From: an uncultured Nitrospiraceae bacterium
GTDB taxonomy: Bacteria > Nitrospirota > Nitrospiria > Nitrospirales > Nitrospiraceae
Length of the DNA stretch: 64,000 bases
Assembly: GCA_963846575.1 (NCBI GenBank)
Contig: CAWJWJ010000002.1
Coordinates: 2,464,001-2,528,000 of the forward strand
Direction: 5' to 3'
Position numbers and translations under genes: made by a program. The notes beneath the pieces were generated by a model. That model ran no database searches and was not told the DNA's origin. It saw only the letters and a program-made list of their open reading frames with translations. Below, in pieces: positions 30,056 to 39,647 of the stretch. The stretch's first letter is position 1; each line of letters begins with the position of its first letter.

Positions 30056-30084
30056 ATTATAGTTTTGGCTGGAATGGTTGTCAA
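30056..30084 (-). promoter_or_regulatory. Perfect-consensus sigma70 promoter TTGACA-N17-TATAAT
   Basis: On the + strand, attata is at 30056-30061 and tgtcaa at 30079-30084, giving a 17 nt spacer. Confidence 0.88.
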
Positions 30085-30086
30085 TA

Positions 30087-31040
30087 TCATTTTGGCCGTG
30101 TTCCTAATCCTCTACTACTTTGATTTCCTATGATTTTCTTCGAATTTAGCGCGTCATCGGATATGCCGCGCTCAACCCGCGATTGCGCGCACCGGAAGCC
30201 AATGGTTTCATCACGAAAATCGAGCATCATTTTGCTGCGCGCGGTAATGCGCAGATCTGATCCGGCACTCGTGTATGCTGCTCCCCGCAAGACCTTGTAT
30301 GTGCCATATTCCGGGCTGGCTGAATTCCGCTCTTCGGATGCCGCATACGCATTCTCCTGATACCAATCGTCCACCCACTCCATCACATTGCCCGCGCCAT
30401 CCATCACTCCATAGGGACTTTCATCGCTCCGCACACTCCCGACAGGAGCAGCCACGTCAAAGCCGTCATCTACCCGAGCCCAGTTTGCGCCGTCTTGAAT
30501 CTCGACATTGCCCCACGGCCAAAGGCGCCCATCGGTCCCTCTCATAGCTTTCTCCCACTCTGCCTCGGAGGGCAATCGTCGGCCACGCCAAGCACAGTAG
30601 GCTTTTGCATCTTCCCACGATACGTAGACCACGGGTTGATTCACCCCTCGCATTCGGGCGGTATTCTTCGCGTACCGTGAGGGAGGCCCTGCCTTACGAT
30701 GGCCTGTGGCCTTCAGAAAGGCGGAGTATTGAGCGTTTGTCACTTCGTACCGATCGATGAAGAAACTATCGAGGTAGATTATCCGTTCAGGGCGCTCATC
30801 AAACCCTCCCCGACTTGTTCCACGCACGAAAGGCCCCGCAGGAATCTCCACAAGTTCCTCCTCGAGCGGTTCTTCGTCAGGTGACAGTTCAGCAGGTGGG
30901 TTCACGGCCACTTCGGCATTGTGAGGTGAATCCGCCTCAAAAGGCGTGGAGCTTGTTCCGCGGAGAATCGCTATGACAGGCAAACTGGCGGCGAAAAGCA
31001 CCACAAAGAGAAAGATAATTTTGAAGCGTGTTTCGAGCAT
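30087..31040 (-). CDS. Membrane-anchored FGE-sulfatase (SUMF1/NirV-like) domain protein
   Basis: YEVTNAQY, RLPSEAEWEKA, MDGAGNVMEW and IGFRCA, with an N-terminal TM. Confidence 0.9.
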   Translation of the reverse strand: MLETRFKIIFLFVVLFAASLPVIAILRGTSSTPFEADSPHNAEVAVNPPAELSPDEEPLEEELVEIPAGPFVRGTSRGGFDERPERIIYLDSFFIDRYEVTNAQYSAFLKATGHRKAGPPSRYAKNTARMRGVNQPVVYVSWEDAKAYCAWRGRRLPSEAEWEKAMRGTDGRLWPWGNVEIQDGANWARVDDGFDVAAPVGSVRSDESPYGVMDGAGNVMEWVDDWYQENAYAASEERNSASPEYGTYKVLRGAAYTSAGSDLRITARSKMMLDFRDETIGFRCAQSRVERGISDDALNSKKIIGNQSSRGLGTRPK

Positions 31041-31051
31041 GACCTGACCGA

Positions 31052-31966
31052 CTACTTGGCCGGCACATCGGCGTCAACGTCCTTGGCGCAGCGAAAACCC
31101 ACGGTGATATCGTGCCGCCATGGTTTGGCCTGAAACCTCTTTGACGAACGGACATTTCGCTTCGTTTCCCGCCAGGAACCACCGCGAATCACTCGTTGTT
31201 CCCCCTGATCAGGCCCCTTCGGATCACGGTAGGGGGATTTGCGATAGGCGTTTTCATCGTAAAAATCCGCGACCCATTCGCCAATGTTCCCCGTCATGTC
31301 ATAAATCCCATAGGGACTGCGGCCTGCGTCAAACGATCCGGGCGGCGCCAGGTAGCGGTAGCCATCCTCAGTACCGTCGATATTCGCATACCCCACCACG
31401 AAATCTTCACCCCATGGATATCGCCGCTTTCCCTCTCCACGGGCAGCCTTTTCCCACTCCGCTTCGGTCGGTAGTCGTTTCCCTGCCCATTTGCAGTAAG
31501 CTTCCGCGTCATCCCAGGTCACTGCAATCATCGGGTTTTCCGGCTTAAGCAGTTTGGCGGGATCATCTTCAAAGACTTCGATCTTACGCTTGATCCGCTT
31601 CGTCATTTTGGCAAAGCGTTCATACGCATCCTGCGTCACTTCATGCTTATCGAAGTAGTACGACTTCAAATAGGCTTGGTGCTCCGGTTTTTCGTCTGGA
31701 TCACTGTCGTTATCACGACTACCCATCACAAATGGACCCTCAGAGATTTGCACCATCTCACGCCCGTCATCGCCGACGAGGGTCTTATACATGGAGAAAT
31801 CCTGCGCCACAGGCGCTGCAACTGTCTTCGTCTCTGTCGTAATAGACATCGCCAACTGACGCATCTGCTTGGCCTTGTAGGACTCATAGACCAATGCTCC
31901 AATCATCAGGATGAACGATGCAAACACAAAGATAATCGACCCGATGAGTACGCCCCTGTTTTCCAT
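31052..31966 (-). CDS. Membrane-anchored FGE-sulfatase (SUMF1/NirV-like) domain protein
   Basis: HEVT, RLPTEAEWEKAARG, YDMTGNIGEW, RGGSW and VGFRCA. Confidence 0.9.
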   Translation of the reverse strand: MENRGVLIGSIIFVFASFILMIGALVYESYKAKQMRQLAMSITTETKTVAAPVAQDFSMYKTLVGDDGREMVQISEGPFVMGSRDNDSDPDEKPEHQAYLKSYYFDKHEVTQDAYERFAKMTKRIKRKIEVFEDDPAKLLKPENPMIAVTWDDAEAYCKWAGKRLPTEAEWEKAARGEGKRRYPWGEDFVVGYANIDGTEDGYRYLAPPGSFDAGRSPYGIYDMTGNIGEWVADFYDENAYRKSPYRDPKGPDQGEQRVIRGGSWRETKRNVRSSKRFQAKPWRHDITVGFRCAKDVDADVPAK

Positions 31967-31980
31967 TAGCTATTCACGCC

Positions 31981-32373
31981 TCACGATTTGGTGACGGTAG
32001 GATGCGCGGCAGGCGTTTCCTCAGGAAGCTCCTCGTCCGCTGCATTTCGTGCCGCCCGCATATCCAACAACATCGAAATCTGTACGCCCAGAAATCCACC
32101 CATGGCCGCACCGGATCCTGCTCCGATGGAAATTTTCTCAAACCCCGCTACCAGCCATGCCAGCAGGCCACCCAGGACCGCTCCTACCAGGATGCTGGCC
32201 AGGAACCGACGCCCCCCAAGAAATCCCACAACCGCTCCCAGTGCTAATCCTAGTCCAGCCGTAATGGGGACTGAGGAGCCACCCAAGATCGTGCCGATCA
32301 AAGCTCCGACAGTGCCCATGACCAGGACACCGAACATTACATCCAATAACGTCCTGATCGACGGCCTGCTCAT
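31981..32373 (-). CDS. Gly-rich (glycine-zipper-like) membrane protein
   Basis: About 4 TM helices with repeated GxxxG motifs, in operon position. Confidence 0.75.
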   Translation of the reverse strand: MSRPSIRTLLDVMFGVLVMGTVGALIGTILGGSSVPITAGLGLALGAVVGFLGGRRFLASILVGAVLGGLLAWLVAGFEKISIGAGSGAAMGGFLGVQISMLLDMRAARNAADEELPEETPAAHPTVTKS

Positions 32374-32415
32374 AACAATGACCGATTCCTTATGAACCTG
32401 AAATCACAGAGATTC

Positions 32416-33102
32416 TCACTTGCCTGTGCTGGCGGTGATCGCACCGAAGTCGATTTCTACACCGGGGGCAGCGAACAACGAGATCCCCCAGGCTTTCTCA
32501 GCCGGCTCATGTTTATGAATACGTTTAAAGTCTTCGTATACATTGATGCGCTCTTCAACCCACTCTCCGACAGGAAGCAAGCCGCTTTGCACGACTAATT
32601 CCGACCCACTGAACATCCCACCCTCGACAAATGTGCCCTCCGGCTTGCCGGCACTCCAAATGTATTTGGTGAAAACCGGAATAAACATGAGGTCGGTGTC
32701 CAGAGAAGCATACAGCGCCGCAATGGGCTCCGAGGCTGGGGGTGCCTTATGCAGACGCCACCGCCACGTCAGGACCGGATAAGCCTTCGGATCCCATTCG
32801 ATTTTTCGTTTTTTCAGGCGTTGCCCGGCGTCTCTAACCGCAAGGAACTTCTGTCCGTCGGAGGATTGAACTTTGTATGCGCTTCGACCCTTGGCCTGGC
32901 TGCGCTGGTTCTCGTGCTGCCAGTCGATCGGAACGCCTTCCTGGTCCGCGGATTGAAAATCCTCCAAAACCAACACCTGCTCTTCGGCAGCATGCGCAGA
33001 GGGACTCGCACCCGTCAGGCCAAACAACCCAGTCAACCCGACAACGGACACAAAACCGACAATTAACTTCATAACAATTCTCCGCACTCCCAATAAACTC
33101 AC
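32416..33102 (-). CDS. Exported DUF3047-like protein
   Basis: Signal peptide, YPVLTWRWR, KYIWS and GEWVEERINVYEDFK. Confidence 0.75.
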   Translation of the reverse strand: MSLLGVRRIVMKLIVGFVSVVGLTGLFGLTGASPSAHAAEEQVLVLEDFQSADQEGVPIDWQHENQRSQAKGRSAYKVQSSDGQKFLAVRDAGQRLKKRKIEWDPKAYPVLTWRWRLHKAPPASEPIAALYASLDTDLMFIPVFTKYIWSAGKPEGTFVEGGMFSGSELVVQSGLLPVGEWVEERINVYEDFKRIHKHEPAEKAWGISLFAAPGVEIDFGAITASTGK

Positions 33103-34971
33103 CTATCCCTCGTGCGACGGAGTCGGCAAGAACCCCGCCTCCTTCTCCGCACTCACATCTTCATGCATGACCGGTTGCCGCCCACGCTGACACACCCAGA
33201 ACAGGAAAAACACGGCGCCCCAAAATACGACCATGTTAATGGTGACCATTTTGGCTGCGAATCCGAGCGACGGTGTAAACGCCCAGGGAGAGGCATCCGG
33301 CATCAACTCATTAACATGCCAAGCCAAGCGTCCTGAAGAGCGAATGTAACCCATCAGCCCCATCACCCAGGTAAAGGCCGCCGCCAATCCGAATAAGCCA
33401 ACCATGCCTCGAATGGAAATCCGCCCCCATTGCACGGGACCATGAATCGTCGCGCCGCGCAACATGCGCCGATTCAACAGCAATCCCAGCGTGACTACAG
33501 CCAGCGTCGTGACCGCCTGCGGACCGGAAAGTCCCACCCGGAGACTCGCCGGAAGATAGAATCCATATACCGATAAGCCGATAATGTGCGCCACCCCGAA
33601 ACCAAACAAGGCTCCCATAATGACGTTCCCGGTCTTACGCCATGAAATGGTCAGACTACGATTCGCCCGACGATAGAAGATGTAGCTCAGCGCGGTGATA
33701 CAAATCATGACATTGACCGCACCATTTTTCGACGACATGACGCCGTAATTTCCGATGACCGGGTGTTGCGCTCCACCCATGGCTTTCACTTCGGTACCAG
33801 TCATGAGAATAGTATGCGGCGTTAACCAGATAAAGAGGCATGCGGTAAGACCCAACAGCAGATACTGGTAGTAGGATTGGTACCGCTCGCCGCCACGAAT
33901 TCGTCCCATACTCTGCCACAGATAATAGTTGACCCCCAGGAAGAGCGCGCCGATCAGAAGCGCCTGAACTACAAAAAGCCAGGTCAACAACCCGCCCATC
34001 ATAGTCACGCCCATACTCTGGCTGTAGGCGTAGACCGAGCGCATTAACCAATAACCGGCGAAGGGCATCGGTAACAAGGCGCAAACGGTGACGAATAAGA
34101 ATATGTAACCGACCCAATCGTAGTACGCGCGCTCCTCCTGGGTCTTACCAGTGAAGAAACGATAACAGGCATAGGCCAGGACCACCGCACCGCCCGACAT
34201 AATGTCTGCTAAGAACCGATGCAGATTCAATGGATTCCAGAGGGCGGAATGGAGCAGGTGCCAGGGATTACCCAAATAGCGCCCCTGGTCGTCGACCCCT
34301 GCCGGCGCCATCATGAAGGCGGACCATGCGTTGGCGAGCAGTAGCAAGGACGTCCCGAATACCACCGCCGTCAACCCTAGGGAAAGATGTACCCACTTAA
34401 CACCGGGTAGGGCCATACGATCCCACGTGTAGTAATAGGCAATCGTGAGAAATGTCGTGCCCATGAAGACGAGGGCGTACAGCGGCATCATCACCTTAAA
34501 CGTCCCGCCCATGTACTGCATAAAGCTGGGATAGAGCGTGATAAACATGGTCAGCATGAGGCTGCCCACGACGGCGGTGACGGAGAGAGCCAGCAGCGCC
34601 ACCTTCAGGAGGTCTTGCGCCAGGCCGTCATATCGTATGGCCAATGCAGGATTTCGCGCGAGCAACCCGAGGAACTCCAGCAGGACGCAAAAAATCGGCA
34701 ACGCCAACACAAAGCCACCGAAATAGGTGTGCTGTTGAATGATAAACCACATCAACAACCGGCTGTCGACCGAGCCAAATTGAGGATAGTGGCTCTCATT
34801 ACCCGTCGGCGCCGACGGGCCGCTGGGAACACCGGGTGTATTGAAGTACACATCTCTGGAAGAGTCTGCCGCCCTGAGCGAATCCGGATTCCACAAGGCA
34901 ACCCCTGCGTTCGATAGCACCACGCACAATAGCACACCGATCAAGACCCGAAACGAAAGGCGTGTGGTCAT
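33103..34971 (-). CDS. Cytochrome bd-like oxidase subunit I (CydA-fold), paralog B
   Basis: Colinear paralog of 27653-29573 (QQHTYFGGFVLA, LWNPLNLHRF, GNYGVMSSKNG, MGLMGYIRSS). Confidence 0.9.
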   Translation of the reverse strand: MTTRLSFRVLIGVLLCVVLSNAGVALWNPDSLRAADSSRDVYFNTPGVPSGPSAPTGNESHYPQFGSVDSRLLMWFIIQQHTYFGGFVLALPIFCVLLEFLGLLARNPALAIRYDGLAQDLLKVALLALSVTAVVGSLMLTMFITLYPSFMQYMGGTFKVMMPLYALVFMGTTFLTIAYYYTWDRMALPGVKWVHLSLGLTAVVFGTSLLLLANAWSAFMMAPAGVDDQGRYLGNPWHLLHSALWNPLNLHRFLADIMSGGAVVLAYACYRFFTGKTQEERAYYDWVGYIFLFVTVCALLPMPFAGYWLMRSVYAYSQSMGVTMMGGLLTWLFVVQALLIGALFLGVNYYLWQSMGRIRGGERYQSYYQYLLLGLTACLFIWLTPHTILMTGTEVKAMGGAQHPVIGNYGVMSSKNGAVNVMICITALSYIFYRRANRSLTISWRKTGNVIMGALFGFGVAHIIGLSVYGFYLPASLRVGLSGPQAVTTLAVVTLGLLLNRRMLRGATIHGPVQWGRISIRGMVGLFGLAAAFTWVMGLMGYIRSSGRLAWHVNELMPDASPWAFTPSLGFAAKMVTINMVVFWGAVFFLFWVCQRGRQPVMHEDVSAEKEAGFLPTPSHEG

Positions 34972-36053
34972 GACGATACTCTCTGACTGTTTTTTTCAAA
35001 CACAGCCGCAGATGCATTCAATGACGAAGTGGAAACGGACTTACGAGACTGGCCGAGAATCCCCATCACGAAGGGACAGCGCAACAATGCTTCCGGCACC
35101 TCTCCTGACTGACGATTCTCGAGGTCCCGTCGGGAGCCCAAGTAATAACAGTACAAGGCCATCAGTCCACCGACTAGCCCCGCGACCCCTGCAAAGCTGC
35201 CCATCGACTGCATTGGTTGTTTCAACACGTAGAGACAGCTTCCGAGGAGTACTAAGTAGTACGTCGAGGCGAACGCCAATCCAGGCCACCACCAAAACTT
35301 CATCAATTCTCCCCAACGAGTCGCCGCGAGCCTGGACCACCATGCTCTTCCACCTGCCTGGCCGGCAAAAAACGCGAAAAGCGCCACCGTTCCCGCTGCC
35401 ACACTCACGATGCCGCCTTGCATCAGTACGGCCAGGTCCCCACTCACCGCATTGGCGACCATCGCGGAAAGGCCCGCGCAAGCGAGGACTCCAACGCCGA
35501 TCCAACTCAACAGGATCGGGTCAAATCGTTGAAGTAGGGAACGCAGCTCTGCTCCGTCAGGAAAGGTCATGAGCGGACGCCCGTTGGACTCAAGCCACCG
35601 AAGGTACCCGATTTCAAAGGCGTCACGAGCGACCGCTGTACTCGGAATAATCAGCGCCATCATCGCGGGCCCGTCAGGATGTTTGGCATAGTCGTATCCC
35701 ACCAGCCATAACAGGGCCAACACCAGCAGCGAAAGCTGAACACCATAGACAAACCCGATCCAGACCAGCACCCATCCGATACGCCTGATACCATCCGCGC
35801 CCGTCAAGCGGGCGAAAGGCACTGCACGCCCGACACGATAGGCGCAGGCGGCGGTCGCCATCGAGATCAGTCCACTCAGCAGAAGTAGGGTCATGGGATC
35901 CGCCAGCGAAAAACTCTGCTTGGCAAGTCGATAGCAGGCGAAGGCCACCAGCCCGGGGACAAACATGACCAGACGCTTGCGCTTCCGAGCTGAGTCTTCA
36001 GTCACGGGTAAGGTCAAACTGGGGAGAACGCGTAATGCCAGCCGATGCAACAT
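34968..36053 (-). CDS. Polytopic membrane protein of unknown function
   Basis: About 8 TM segments. Its stop overlaps the start of paralog B (ATGA). Confidence 0.8.
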   Translation of the reverse strand: MLHRLALRVLPSLTLPVTEDSARKRKRLVMFVPGLVAFACYRLAKQSFSLADPMTLLLLSGLISMATAACAYRVGRAVPFARLTGADGIRRIGWVLVWIGFVYGVQLSLLVLALLWLVGYDYAKHPDGPAMMALIIPSTAVARDAFEIGYLRWLESNGRPLMTFPDGAELRSLLQRFDPILLSWIGVGVLACAGLSAMVANAVSGDLAVLMQGGIVSVAAGTVALFAFFAGQAGGRAWWSRLAATRWGELMKFWWWPGLAFASTYYLVLLGSCLYVLKQPMQSMGSFAGVAGLVGGLMALYCYYLGSRRDLENRQSGEVPEALLRCPFVMGILGQSRKSVSTSSLNASAAVFEKNSQRVSS

Positions 36054-36128
36054 GGTTCATCCATGGGGAGTGAGGGGTTGGGCGAGGAGACGATGCCTAC
36101 GTCGCAATCCTCAAGTGCGTCTCAGTAT

Positions 36129-36629
36129 TTATGCCTCTTCTCGCTGCGGGGCCATACCGAAATATCGCGCCTTGACCTCTTCCATCAAGGCGACGGTTAC
36201 GGAGACTGCGCCACGATCTACAGCCGTCCGCTCCAGTTCGATTCGAGCCATCGCGCGGACTGGTGCAGGAACGTTGGCGAGCCGACGCTCGGCTTCCGGA
36301 TCCCACGACACCACATCGCCAGTCTGAGCCTGATCGATCAACTCATAGGTAATCACGCGCTGCCGCCTGGTCCGGGCAAACCCTTCCACAAGATCGCGCA
36401 GCGCAGGGACCGCATATGGTGGCACACGATCCAGGCGATGCCTGGCCTCATCGCTCCACATCAGCCGATCGACGATCCCATCGACCTGCCCTACCGGCAG
36501 GTCGATGCCGACCAGCCACCGACAGGAGCGACATTCCGAGCGAACGAACCAGGTTGGCGTGCCGTCCTCGGCATTCCGTTCCTCAACCCCCTCGGTATGC
36601 ATCCATCCCCCGCACCCGCAAACCAGCAT
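36129..36629 (-). CDS. Zinc-ribbon plus two PCP_red (BchB/ChlB C-terminal-like) domains
   Basis: CGCG..CRSC, followed by WSDEARHRLDRVPP and WDPEAERRLANVPAPVR..IE repeats. Confidence 0.8.
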   Translation of the reverse strand: MLVCGCGGWMHTEGVEERNAEDGTPTWFVRSECRSCRWLVGIDLPVGQVDGIVDRLMWSDEARHRLDRVPPYAVPALRDLVEGFARTRRQRVITYELIDQAQTGDVVSWDPEAERRLANVPAPVRAMARIELERTAVDRGAVSVTVALMEEVKARYFGMAPQREEA

Positions 36630-36650
36630 GTCGTGTTCAGCCTCTCCGTG

Positions 36651-37367
36651 CTATCCGATCTTCCCCGGATACAGGATATACAGCATGGCATAGGTAAAGG
36701 TTCCGGTGAGAAACAAGATGCAGTAGACGATCATGGTGAAGCGCCCCAGCGCGCGATGCCGCTGGCTGCCATCCGGCCAAATACGTTGAATCCCCATTTC
36801 CACCGCAAATACAACCGCTACCAGAATGAGCAACCAGAGATAGACTTCCAATTTGCGTATGGAGAACCCCGCGGACCAGACACGCGTGCCGAACAGGAGC
36901 GCCACAACTGCGGTGAGCCCTACAAAGATGAGACTGACTTTTTTCCATGATGTCTGCAACAGACTACCACTCAGCACTCGGGCGCCGCTGATGAAGCGTT
37001 GCGCGCGAAAACCCAGTACGATCATGTAGACCGCCATGACCAGTCCAATGATCACGAGGATGATGTGAATGGTGAGGACGGGAATGAAAACGTAATCGTA
37101 GAGCGCTTGAGAACCGCCGAATCCTTCTTTCCCTTCGAACGCCAGCACGCCCAGTTGGCGAAACAGGTAATAGGCGGTAAAAAATCCCACCATGGTCACC
37201 ATGCCGCCCAACATCAGCCAGTGATGGCCGTCCGCCCGATGGCGTTTGGCCTGAAACCAGCCGATGATGAATAGCCCCGTAAATAGGGCAGCCATCAACT
37301 GGCTAAGATCGGCACCCAGCGTCGCATGTGTCCCGAAGAAACCCGGTTGTCGAAGGAGCTCAAACAT
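36651..37367 (-). CDS. DUF420 (CtaM/YozB-like) membrane protein
   Basis: GW..AK...HHWLM, F..AYY, LTIHIIL and HRALGR.T..VY..LF.TG..TY.MLY. Confidence 0.8.
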   Translation of the reverse strand: MFELLRQPGFFGTHATLGADLSQLMAALFTGLFIIGWFQAKRHRADGHHWLMLGGMVTMVGFFTAYYLFRQLGVLAFEGKEGFGGSQALYDYVFIPVLTIHIILVIIGLVMAVYMIVLGFRAQRFISGARVLSGSLLQTSWKKVSLIFVGLTAVVALLFGTRVWSAGFSIRKLEVYLWLLILVAVVFAVEMGIQRIWPDGSQRHRALGRFTMIVYCILFLTGTFTYAMLYILYPGKIG

Positions 37368-37375
37368 GGTACATC

Positions 37376-38365
37376 CTAACAGCCAATCGGCTTGACACCT
37401 TGAACCACGGCCGTCCGCTCAATTTCCTCAACCGCGACATACCCTCCATCATGCATCCACTGCATCGCTTCTGCCGTACGATAGCAGGCGCCCCGCTCCG
37501 TATTTACAAGAATATGGACGGCAAATGCCGCGGTCCAAGCCGGGCTTGTGCCGGAAGCATCCAAGAAGCGATCCTTGATGACTAATCGGCCACCGGGATT
37601 GAGATGGCCATGGATCTTTGTCACCAGCGCGGCATTGGTCGCCAGGTCTTGGTAATGAAGAATGTCCGACATCAACACCACATCATAAGGACCGCCTAAC
37701 GAATCACGATTGAAATCACCGGGTTTCAATTGAATTCTCGCCTCTAACCCGGCTTCCTTCACGGTGCGTTCAGTCAAGGGTAGGGTGGTCCGGAGGTCGA
37801 AGACCGTCGCCGAGAGTTGTGGATAAATTTGGCAAAAGGCAATGGCATTCGTCCCCGCCCCCCCGCCCAGATCAAGCATCGTGCGAGCCTTGTCGAGCCC
37901 CAGCCGTTTCGCAAGATCAGGCCCGCTTTGCTGCCCAATCCGATGCAAGACGGACAGGACGTTTGCCCCAAGCGCCGGATCCGTTTCAAAGACATGCTGT
38001 GTCACCGGGGAGCGGCCGGTTCTAATGGCCTCTTCCAGCTTCCCCCAATTGCTCCACTCGGCATCGTGCAGGAGAAGTAAATGCCCTACATACTGAGACG
38101 AATGTTTGACTAGATGGGTTGTGGCCACCGGGCTGTTGGCGTAAATATCGCCGGTTTTCGCGAGGAGTCTGATTGCCACCAGCGCATTAAGCAGAAGTTC
38201 CAGTGTCCGGACATCGGTACCGATTTTTTCAGCGGCTTCGACAGCTGTACGCCCTCGGCCATCCAGCGCCGAAAAGACATCTAACTTCACAGCGGTCAAC
38301 AGAATTTTTGTCTCCCAGTAGTAGCCCAGCTGGAAGATTTCGGCGAGAGACAATTCTCGAGGCAC
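37376..38365 (-). CDS. SAM-dependent O-methyltransferase (dimerisation plus Methyltransf_2)
   Basis: LLTAVKLDVF, MLDLGGGAG, GDF and MSDILH. Confidence 0.9.
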   Translation of the reverse strand: MPRELSLAEIFQLGYYWETKILLTAVKLDVFSALDGRGRTAVEAAEKIGTDVRTLELLLNALVAIRLLAKTGDIYANSPVATTHLVKHSSQYVGHLLLLHDAEWSNWGKLEEAIRTGRSPVTQHVFETDPALGANVLSVLHRIGQQSGPDLAKRLGLDKARTMLDLGGGAGTNAIAFCQIYPQLSATVFDLRTTLPLTERTVKEAGLEARIQLKPGDFNRDSLGGPYDVVLMSDILHYQDLATNAALVTKIHGHLNPGGRLVIKDRFLDASGTSPAWTAAFAVHILVNTERGACYRTAEAMQWMHDGGYVAVEEIERTAVVQGVKPIGC

Positions 38366-38570
38366 TCGTCACCCACTCAGTTATGTGTCGTTCAAATTGG
38401 GCATCTTACCCAGTTCAGAAAGGGAAACGCAAGGCGAGGAGAGTCACGGAACGCCCCATAAAGAAGGCTGATATTGCGGCGCTGTGCCCGCACGCGCACA
38501 GCGATCCCGTGTAGGTGGAGCACGCCACCGAATCGTCGTTTCTCGCGAGAGCGGATAACAATAATCGACA

Positions 38571-38607
38571 AACAAAAAGAGCAGTGGCTCATTGGAACCA
38601 CTGCCCT
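38571..38607 (-). terminator. Rho-independent terminator
   Basis: Minus strand reads agggcagtggttc-caat-gagccactgctct followed by ttttgttt. Confidence 0.75.
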
Positions 38608-38641
38608 TCCTGCGGCGGGATCACCCCGCGGAGACGAGTAA

Positions 38642-39439
38642 TTACTTGAGGTCGGCTTTCAAGGTAGCCGTTCCACCTTCGGCAACTTCGACCTCGAACT
38701 CATTCAGCTTTCCCCGGTTCACAAACGGGTGAAAGACCACCACTTTGTGTTTTCCAGCAGGAACACCCTTGAGCTCGAATGATCCATCTTCCTTCACGAC
38801 CGCGTGGTATGGGTTGGCGACTGGGAGGAAGAAGGATTGCATGAACTCATGCTGGTCGCACTGCAACCGGTAATAGCCCTGCTTGTCCGCTCCGCCGCGG
38901 AACTGCACTGGCTTGTCCAACGTGTCACCCTTTTTGGCCAGACCAATGTTGAAACCAGTGGCTGACGAGGAGCCCTTCACCGTAAAGCTGTGCGGATTGT
39001 GGAGCACGCCCTGTGTGGACTTGGGATCATCGGGATCGGCATCGTGGTTTTCGACATGGAAGTTCTTGGTGTTCACCACCACGCCGGCAAACGGCAGAAA
39101 CTGGCAGAACTCCGCGATCACTTCCGTGCCCTTGAAGCCATCGATGAATGCCTTGTCTTCGACGTCATGAACGGAGACGATCGCGTTCTTCAAGCCGCCG
39201 TCTTTACCCACTTCGATGGTCTTGAGAATGCGCTTATCCCCTTCCACCAGGCTCGTGTCCGGAATCTTGGGACAGAACTTAGGATTCGGGAACTTAGAAA
39301 ACAAAAATTCCTTCTGCTCATTTTTCCCAGCGTATGTCACTTTACCGGAAATCGCCCCTCCGGCAAACGAGGCGAGAGGCGCAGCCAGAAACGCTGCGGC
39401 CGCAACGCCGAATACTAATGTCATCGCACCCTTTTTCAT
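38642..39439 (-). CDS. Exported carboxypeptidase-regulatory-like/cupredoxin-like protein (copy 1)
   Basis: Signal peptide ending SFA, ISGKVTY, LHNPH, CDQHEFM and DGSFELKGVPAG. Confidence 0.8.
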   Translation of the reverse strand: MKKGAMTLVFGVAAAAFLAAPLASFAGGAISGKVTYAGKNEQKEFLFSKFPNPKFCPKIPDTSLVEGDKRILKTIEVGKDGGLKNAIVSVHDVEDKAFIDGFKGTEVIAEFCQFLPFAGVVVNTKNFHVENHDADPDDPKSTQGVLHNPHSFTVKGSSSATGFNIGLAKKGDTLDKPVQFRGGADKQGYYRLQCDQHEFMQSFFLPVANPYHAVVKEDGSFELKGVPAGKHKVVVFHPFVNRGKLNEFEVEVAEGGTATLKADLK

Positions 39440-39592
39440 GTCACTGCCTCCTTGTAATAAACATTAACGAATCACTTCCGCCGTCACCCAATCAATACAT
39501 AAGAAGGGGCCGGTGACTACTACCCCCATCACGTCATCACAGTTCATTACGTTGTTTGGACGCGGCTGTACGTCCAGAACCCTGAACGTTTG

Positions 39593-39622
39593 TCTATACT
39601 GGAATCATACTCGTACTGTCAA
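39593..39622 (-). promoter_or_regulatory. Probable sigma70 promoter TTGACA-N18-TATAGA
   Basis: On the + strand, tctata is at 39593-39598 and tgtcaa at 39617-39622. Confidence 0.55.
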
Positions 39623-39647
39623 CTTGAAAACCAGCGGTTTGAAAGCC

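Noticed and set aside
36129..36629. Photosynthesis (bchB/chlB) gene
   Set aside because: Only the small C-terminal PCP_red domains are present, with no nitrogenase-like body or other bch genes.
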